A DNA stretch of 20,275 nucleotides from an uncultured Bacilli bacterium. Lineage in GTDB: Bacteria; Bacillota_I; Bacilli_A; RF39; UBA660. The translations under genes were made by a program, and so were the position numbers. Within the stretch, counting starts at the first letter, position 1. Every line of letters begins with the position of its first letter. Shown here piece after piece: positions 1 through 5,541 of the stretch. The notes under the pieces are model-generated. The model ran no database searches, had not been told where the DNA came from, and worked only from the letters and a program-made list of their open reading frames with translations. Where the stretch lies: positions 1-20,275 of the forward strand of contig CAJUJA010000019.1 in assembly GCA_910586635.1 (NCBI GenBank). Direction: 5' to 3'.

Positions 1-135
1 GACTTATTGCTTTTTTTCTATATAATTGGTGTCACATCAATTGTAACGCTACAAAAAGGGAATTAAATAAGTAGAAATCTCCTTTTTTTATGTCGAAATT
101 TATGATATACTGTTGATACTAAGGTGGTTGATAGA

Positions 136-834
136 ATGGACTTGATTCGATTAAAAAATGTTAAAAAACAGTACAAAAATGGTGTTACCGCAATACACGA
201 TATGAACTTATCCATAAAAAAAGGTTCTTTTGTCTTTGTAATAGGAGGATCAGGAAGTGGAAAGTCAACTTTGATCAAAATGCTATATCGTGAGGAAAAA
301 CCAACTAGTGGAAATATTGTAGTGGGTGGAGTAAATGTTGCAAAGTTAAGGAATAAAAAGGTTTATAAATTACGTAGAAAATTAGGAATTGTTTTTCAAG
401 ACTATCGCTTACTTCCAAAACTAACTGTGTTTGAAAATGTAGCTTTTGCAATGGAAGTATTGGGAGCCCATAAAAACGAGACTAGAGTAAAGACCTTAAA
501 GGCAATTGAAATGGTTGGATTAAAAAATAAAGTCCATAATTATCCTGATCAATTGTCTGGTGGAGAACAACAACGTGTTGCAATCGCTAGAGCAATTGTC
601 AATGACCCTAAATTATTATTATGTGATGAGCCAACAGGAAACTTAGATCCAGAAATGAGTATGGAAATAATGAAAGTGTTAGAAAATATTAATACGAAAA
701 AGGGTACTACTATTTTAATGGTTACTCATGATAAAGATATTGTTAATAAAATGAAGAAGCAGGTTATTACTTTAAAGGACGGAAGACTTATCAATAATCA
801 AGAGAAAGGAACATATGACGATGAAGATATTTAG
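136..834 (+). CDS. ftsE: Cell-division ABC transporter ATP-binding protein FtsE
   Basis: ORF track 124..834. Walker A GGSGSGKST, ABC signature LSGGEQQR, Walker B LLLCDEPTGNLD. N-terminus MDLIRLKNVKKQY is FtsE-like and the gene overlaps an FtsX-like permease. ATG 136 is preferred because AAGGTGG (121-127) lies 8 nt upstream, whereas GTG 124 sits inside that RBS. Confidence 0.9.
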   Translation: MDLIRLKNVKKQYKNGVTAIHDMNLSIKKGSFVFVIGGSGSGKSTLIKMLYREEKPTSGNIVVGGVNVAKLRNKKVYKLRRKLGIVFQDYRLLPKLTVFENVAFAMEVLGAHKNETRVKTLKAIEMVGLKNKVHNYPDQLSGGEQQRVAIARAIVNDPKLLLCDEPTGNLDPEMSMEIMKVLENINTKKGTTILMVTHDKDIVNKMKKQVITLKDGRLINNQEKGTYDDEDI

Positions 835-1720
835 AATGTTGGGCAGAGGTATAAGAGATGCCTTTAAAAGCGTATTTAGAAATTTCAGTTTATCTCTAGC
901 TTCTATATCATGTATTACGATTACCTTAGTGATTGTAGCAGTCTCTATTATAGCGTCTTTTAACGTTGAAAATTTTACAAAAGAAATTGAAAGCGATTTA
1001 ACGATTGTTGTATTTCTAGAAAATGATGCTACACAAGAAGATGCAGATAAGGTAACCCAAAAAATTAAAGAAATAAAAAATGTGGATTCTTATAAATTTC
1101 AGGGAAAAGAAGAAGTAAAAGAGGAAATGTCTAAAGAATCAGATGTTTTTAAATCCTTAATGGCGGAATGGAGTAAGGAAGATAACCCTTTAAAAGATAC
1201 TTATCAAATAAAAGTTAAGGATGCAAAACAGATAGGGAAGACAGCAAAAACCATTAAAGAAATAGAAAAAGTTTCTTTAGTCCGATATGGAGAGGGAATG
1301 GTAGAAAAGTTAGTCAAGGCATTTTCATCGATAGAAAAAGTATCTTATGGGGTAGTTATTGCCTTAATATTAGTTACTATATTTTTAATTATTAATACGA
1401 TTAAATTAACGATATTTTCAAGAAAAAGGGAAATTAGTATTATGAGATTAGTAGGTGCTAGTAATTTTTCTATTAAAACACCATTTATTATAGAAGGAAT
1501 GTTTTTAGGATTAATTGGTTCTATTCTTCCCGTTGTATTAACGACTTTTGGATATTTGACCTTTTATAACCATTTTGGTGGATATCTATTTACTGAGTTA
1601 ATAGAATTAATCAAACCAGAGCCGTTTATTTATCAGACTTCAGGAATTATTGTGATTATTGGAATTTTAGTTGGTATGATTGGTAGTGCAAGTGCAGTAA
1701 GGAAGTATTTAAAAGTATAA
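815..1720 (+). CDS. ftsX: Cell-division permease FtsX
   Basis: 301 aa. One N-terminal TM (LSLASISCITITLVIVAVSIIA), a large extracytoplasmic loop and three C-terminal TM helices, which is the FtsX topology. The start overlaps the ftsE stop. ATG 821 is an alternative start (GAAAGGA at 804-810). Confidence 0.9.
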   Translation: MTMKIFRMLGRGIRDAFKSVFRNFSLSLASISCITITLVIVAVSIIASFNVENFTKEIESDLTIVVFLENDATQEDADKVTQKIKEIKNVDSYKFQGKEEVKEEMSKESDVFKSLMAEWSKEDNPLKDTYQIKVKDAKQIGKTAKTIKEIEKVSLVRYGEGMVEKLVKAFSSIEKVSYGVVIALILVTIFLIINTIKLTIFSRKREISIMRLVGASNFSIKTPFIIEGMFLGLIGSILPVVLTTFGYLTFYNHFGGYLFTELIELIKPEPFIYQTSGIIVIIGILVGMIGSASAVRKYLKV

Positions 1721-2928
1721 TGAGTAAGAAATTAGTAAAAGTTATAAGTATAGTATCTTTAATATCTTTGGTAGCACTACCCAATAATATTAAAGCAAAA
1801 AGTATAAGGGACTTTGAAAATGAAGTGGCAAAATATACCTCTGAATTACAGGCTAAAAAGGATAAGATCGCTAAAAATGATGCTGAGGTTGCTCAAATCA
1901 AAAAGAAAATTTCAGAAATTAAAAATCAGATCAAGAATACAAAAGAAGAAATTTCTAGCCTAGAGGCTCAAATCAAAAAGAATAACGAGGAAATTGCTAA
2001 AAAGAAAGAGGAAAGTAAAAAAATTATGAAATACTTTCAAGTAATGAATGGAGAAAATTCTTATTTGGAATACGTATTTGGTTCAACTAGTATCACCGAT
2101 ATGATTTATAGAATATCTGTAGTCGAACAATTAACAGATTATAATCAAAAAATGGTAAAAGAGTTAACTGAATTAATAGAAACTAATAAAAGGCAAAAAA
2201 GTGAATTAGAGCAAAAGAGAAAAGAATTAGAAGGATTAGAAAAATCCCTTGTCGATCAAAAAGAAAGAATTGGTGCAGATACTGCTTCTATTAAAGCTGG
2301 GATGCCAGGAGTAGAGCAGCAAATTAAATCAGCAAAAGAACAAGTTGCATACTTTAAAAAATTAGGTTGTGGAGCAAACGAAGATGTAGCTGCTTGCTCC
2401 TATAGGAAACTACAAAGCAGTGGAGGATCGGGGGGAGCTTCCCTACCTAGTGTAAATGGATTTTATAGACCAATTGAATATGGATATATTGTTAGAGGGT
2501 ATACGGGCTGTGGAACTTACTTAGGATTTGCAGGATGTACAGGTCATACAGGAATCGATATTGGAAGTTCTAACAAATCGATTAATGTTTATCCAATCGC
2601 TAGCGGAACTGTTTCAGCGACCTATCACGATCCAGCAGGTGCATTAGTTGTAAAAATAAGACATAACTACAATGGTAGATTTATTTATTCAACTTATGCT
2701 CATCAAAGAAATTTTGCAGTATCAACAAATCAGTATGTATCTCATACAACCTCTATTGGACAAATGGGTTCTACTGGAAACTCCTCAGGACCACATCTTC
2801 ATTTAGAAGTATCAACCTGTGATTGGAAATCGGATGGAGGGGGCTGTACTTGGGAATCCTATGCCAAATATAATACTAGAAATCCTGCTAATTATGTGAG
2901 TTTTCCATCAAGATGGAGTAATCGATAG
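1720..2928 (+). CDS. Secreted coiled-coil M23 (LytM-type) peptidoglycan endopeptidase, likely FtsEX-controlled hydrolase
   Basis: TAATG overlap with the ftsX stop. Signal peptide MSKKLVKVISIVSLISLVALPNNIKA, a long K/E-rich coiled coil, and a C-terminal M23 domain with HTGIDIG (HxxxD) and GPHLHLEV (HxH). Gene order ftsE-ftsX-hydrolase matches the known FtsEX-PcsB/EnvC/CwlO paradigm. Confidence 0.85.
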   Translation: MSKKLVKVISIVSLISLVALPNNIKAKSIRDFENEVAKYTSELQAKKDKIAKNDAEVAQIKKKISEIKNQIKNTKEEISSLEAQIKKNNEEIAKKKEESKKIMKYFQVMNGENSYLEYVFGSTSITDMIYRISVVEQLTDYNQKMVKELTELIETNKRQKSELEQKRKELEGLEKSLVDQKERIGADTASIKAGMPGVEQQIKSAKEQVAYFKKLGCGANEDVAACSYRKLQSSGGSGGASLPSVNGFYRPIEYGYIVRGYTGCGTYLGFAGCTGHTGIDIGSSNKSINVYPIASGTVSATYHDPAGALVVKIRHNYNGRFIYSTYAHQRNFAVSTNQYVSHTTSIGQMGSTGNSSGPHLHLEVSTCDWKSDGGGCTWESYAKYNTRNPANYVSFPSRWSNR

Positions 2929-2972
2929 CATACAGGTAGAAGTTTAAAAAAATTAAGTATAAAACAAAAGAA

Positions 2973-2996
2973 CCTCCTAATACTATTATTAGGAGG
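2973..2996 (+). terminator. Perfect 10-bp hairpin (CCTCCTAATA-ctat-TATTAGGAGG) whose 3' arm is the RBS of the next gene
   Basis: Read directly from the sequence. The stem is followed by ATTTTAA and ATG 3004. The T-tract is weak, so it may act as an attenuator or RBS-sequestering element rather than a full terminator. Confidence 0.4.
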
Positions 2997-3003
2997 ATTT
3001 TAA

Positions 3004-3441
3004 ATGGAAGAAAAATTTGAATTATTAGAACAAGTATATCATGATGCATCTATGGGATCTTATACAATAGAAAAATTATTAGAACAGTTAAAGGAAAAAG
3101 ATAATAAAATTAAGGCATATCTAGAAGAGGTATTGAAAGAATATCAACAATATCAAGAAGAAGCTGGAGAAATTTTAAAAGAGAATAATATAGAGCCAGA
3201 TAATCCTGGATGGATGTCTAAAATGGGATCAGCAATGGGGATTAGTAAAGAAGTAAAGGAAGATAATAGTGACTCAGCAATAGCTGATATGATGATTAAG
3301 GGTGTATCTACAGGTTCTATTGAAATTGAAAAAAAATTAAAAGAGTATGAACAAGATATTGATAAGGAACATAAGAAATTGGCAAGAAATTATTTGAAAT
3401 TTCAACAAAAAGCGATCCAACACTTAAAAGAATATTTATAA
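3004..3441 (+). CDS. Hypothetical helical (coiled-coil / helix-bundle-like) protein
   Basis: 145-aa ORF with a strong AGGAGG RBS 7 nt upstream. K/E-rich helical composition; I do not recognise a catalytic motif. Confidence 0.7.
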   Translation: MEEKFELLEQVYHDASMGSYTIEKLLEQLKEKDNKIKAYLEEVLKEYQQYQEEAGEILKENNIEPDNPGWMSKMGSAMGISKEVKEDNSDSAIADMMIKGVSTGSIEIEKKLKEYEQDIDKEHKKLARNYLKFQQKAIQHLKEYL

Positions 3442-3442
3442 C

Positions 3443-3472
3443 CAAGAGTAAATTCTCTTGATTTTTTATTTT
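3443..3472 (+). terminator. Rho-independent terminator
   Basis: CAAGAG-taaatt-CTCTTG stem-loop directly after stop codon 3439-3441, followed by ATTTTTTATTTT. Confidence 0.6.
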
Positions 3473-3537
3473 GGTTCATGTAGTATAAGTAAATATGGTA
3501 TTTACCATGAATTGGAAAATAGAAGTGAGATAAAAAT

Positions 3538-4125
3538 ATGGTAGAGCAAGTTAGTAGAAATAATAATTTAAAAATACCAAAGGAGATTGAAGTGGTAGTA
3601 AAAAATACCAATTCTATAGAAGATGAACTTTCATCCATAGAAGCCGTTGCAACAGCAAATGACCAAAAGTTCCAAAAGAATAGGATCAAAAAAAAATTAG
3701 AGGATTCTAATAAGGATACAGAGGTCATATCACAAATACCTACCAATGCCAATGACTTAATGGTAATAACAGTAGTGAAAAAATTAGGTGCTTATATTAT
3801 TGCAGTAACAGAAAAATCACCAAAAAAATTTAGAGGAGTTTTTGTTGTAAGAATGCAGAATTACTGTCTAGATACTTTAGAAAATCTGTTAGAGGCAAAC
3901 TTTATTAGAATGGATAGTTTAGAAAATAAAAATAAAAGAGCAGAGTTTCAAAAACAAGCCATCATAAAATTAAAATTATTAGGATATATTTCTATGTTAG
4001 CAGAAATATCTGGATGTATTTTAAAAAGACAATATAAGCAAATATCTATACAAGTAGCAGAATCAATTAATTTAATTACAGCTTGGAAAAAAAGTGATGA
4101 TGCTAGATGGAATAATAAAAAATAG
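3538..4125 (+). CDS. avd: DGR accessory variability determinant (Avd-like four-helix-bundle protein) with N-terminal extension
   Basis: The C-terminal ~120 aa (MVITVVKKLGAYIIAVTEKSPKKFRGVFVVRMQNYCLDTLENLLEANFI...INLITAWKKSD) resemble the four-helix-bundle/Avd family, including the basic SPKKFR segment and terminal aW+K. The gene sits directly upstream of TR and RT. The first ~74 aa are an extra acidic/basic extension. An internal ATG at 3760 has no RBS. Confidence 0.7.
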   Translation: MVEQVSRNNNLKIPKEIEVVVKNTNSIEDELSSIEAVATANDQKFQKNRIKKKLEDSNKDTEVISQIPTNANDLMVITVVKKLGAYIIAVTEKSPKKFRGVFVVRMQNYCLDTLENLLEANFIRMDSLENKNKRAEFQKQAIIKLKLLGYISMLAEISGCILKRQYKQISIQVAESINLITAWKKSDDARWNNKK

Positions 4126-4477
4126 GATTTTAAGTCGAAAGACTTTTAATTAAGGGAAAAATCAATTTTTCCTGAATCCCACTGTTTGCGGCTCTTCGCC
4201 CGCGTCGTTAACTAAAATGGTAATAGTAACAACAACAATGTTAATAACCGAAATGGTGGGATTCGCGTCGATTCACTTTTGAAGAGATTCATAAGGAATC
4301 TAAAAAACGAATGTGAGAATTCTATTCTAAGTAGAATAGTACAGAATTTAAAGTGAAGGGATTTTTCTCTTTTCTAACCGCTTAAAGTGCGGTGGAAGAA
4401 CTAGAACACTTACACTTTCCAACGAGAATTTCTTTTTGGATGTTATCAGAGGTGTTCTTTTATTTGGAGGATTATAA
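4126..4477 (+). ncRNA. DGR template RNA region (leader hairpins, TR, structured spacer before RT)
   Basis: 352 nt with no ORF. Stem-loops read from the sequence: 4132-4145 (AAGTC-GAAA-GACTT), 4155-4172 (GGAAAAA-tcaa-TTTTTCC), 4285-4301 (AGATTC-ataag-GAATCT), 4322-4339 (CTATTCT-aagt-AGAATAG), 4377-4393 (ACCGC-ttaaagt-GCGGT). There is also long-range AGAACAC (4403-4409) / GTGTTCT (4452-4458) pairing. Transcript ends are not determinable from sequence. Confidence 0.5.
4197..4276 (+). repeat. DGR template repeat (TR)
   Basis: Aligns without gaps to 5763-5842 (offset 1566). It contains ten AAY codons in the VR reading frame, is GC-rich relative to its surroundings, and has the identical 3' block GGTGGGATTCGCGTCG (4255-4270). 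Confidence 0.9.
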
Positions 4478-5500
4478 ATGTTAGAGGATATATTTTCATT
4501 TGAAAATTTATATGAGGCACATAAGAATTGTAGAAAATCAAAACAGCATAAGGGAGAAGTTGTAAGATTTGAAGTTTCCCTAGCTACTAATTTAGAAAAG
4601 ATAAGAAAAGGGATCGTTACACATAAATATAAAATGGGTAAATATAGAATGTTTCTAATTTATGAACCTAAAAAAAGAGTAATAGAAGCTCCCTGTTATC
4701 GAGATAGAATTGTTATCAGATGTTTTTGTGAACAGGTATTAAAACCTAAAATAGAGAAAAAACTTATTTATGATAATGCAGCATGTAGAAAGGGAAAGGG
4801 AACCCATTTTTCTATTAATCGATTAGAAAAATTTCTTAAAAGAGAGTACTTAAAAAGTCATAATAATAATAATATATACTTTTTAAAGTGTGATATTAGT
4901 AAATATTTTCCTAGTATTGATCATAGTATTTTACTTAATTTATTAAAAAAAATAGAGTTTAGTGATGAGGAAATAGAATTTATAGAATTATTAGTAAAAG
5001 CTGTGCCAAGTAAACAAGGGCTTCCACTAGGAAATCAGTCTAGTCAGTGGTTTGCCCTACTATATTTAAACAAGATAGATAGACTAATTAAGGAAAAGTT
5101 AAGAATTAAAGGTTATATTAGATATATGGATGATATGATTTTAATTAGTCGGGATAAAAACTATTTAAGATATTGCTTAGAACAAATTAAAAAGGTATGT
5201 AAGAATGAACTACATCTTTTATTAAATCAAAAAACGCAAATTGGTAAAGTGAAAGACGGAATTGACTTTTTAGGATATCGACATATATTAGATCAAAATG
5301 GAAAAGTAATTAGAAAGTTAAGGGCCAGTTCTAAGATAAGATTAAAAAGACATCTAAAGTTTTTAAAAAAATTAAGAGAAAGCGAAATAGTGGATGATCA
5401 ATATGTTGATATAAGAAAAAATGCTTATTATGAGTATTTAAAGAATACTAAGGAAAGTAAAAATTTCAAAGAACAAGTAAAACAAGTGTCAAGTGATTAA
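4478..5500 (+). CDS. DGR reverse transcriptase
   Basis: 340 aa with a GGAGG RBS at 4466-4470. Catalytic YMDD at 5123-5134 (IRYMDDMILIS). LGNQSSQ at 5027-5047 matches the (I/L)GxxxSQ motif characteristic of DGR RTs. The compact size and the position directly after TR also fit. Confidence 0.9.
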   Translation: MLEDIFSFENLYEAHKNCRKSKQHKGEVVRFEVSLATNLEKIRKGIVTHKYKMGKYRMFLIYEPKKRVIEAPCYRDRIVIRCFCEQVLKPKIEKKLIYDNAACRKGKGTHFSINRLEKFLKREYLKSHNNNNIYFLKCDISKYFPSIDHSILLNLLKKIEFSDEEIEFIELLVKAVPSKQGLPLGNQSSQWFALLYLNKIDRLIKEKLRIKGYIRYMDDMILISRDKNYLRYCLEQIKKVCKNELHLLLNQKTQIGKVKDGIDFLGYRHILDQNGKVIRKLRASSKIRLKRHLKFLKKLRESEIVDDQYVDIRKNAYYEYLKNTKESKNFKEQVKQVSSD

Positions 5501-5541
5501 CGATTTTATTTCCAAAAGTTGGTATTAATGGTATATTATAA

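Noticed and set aside
124-135. GTG 124 as the ftsE start (as in the ORF track)
   Set aside because: It lies within the AAGGTGG Shine-Dalgarno sequence. ATG 136 has correct spacing and gives a typical FtsE N-terminus.
63-278. Minus-strand ORFs in the track: 63..278, 3402..3752, 5774..6007, 7939..8139, 9585..9836, 11971..12153, 12617..12808, 14535..14732, 14771..14965, 16874..17167, 19663..19938
   Set aside because: All are embedded antisense to long, well-supported plus-strand genes or span intergenic AT-rich sequence. They have no RBS and odd composition (F/L/I/S-rich), which is typical of shadow ORFs in AT-rich DNA.
4132-4150. AAGTC-GAAA-GACTT hairpin after avd as a transcription terminator
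   Set aside because: The stem is only 5 bp with a short mixed T/A tail. A terminator here would separate avd from the TR-RT transcript. It is more likely part of the DGR RNA leader, and I kept it only as a structural note.
4126-5500. RT interpreted as a retron, group II intron or Abi/UG-type defence RT
   Set aside because: The adenine-specific TR/VR pair, the upstream Avd-like gene and the LGNQSSQ motif all fit a DGR. There are no intron domains (maturase or endonuclease) and no msr/msd-like inverted repeats flanking a short template.
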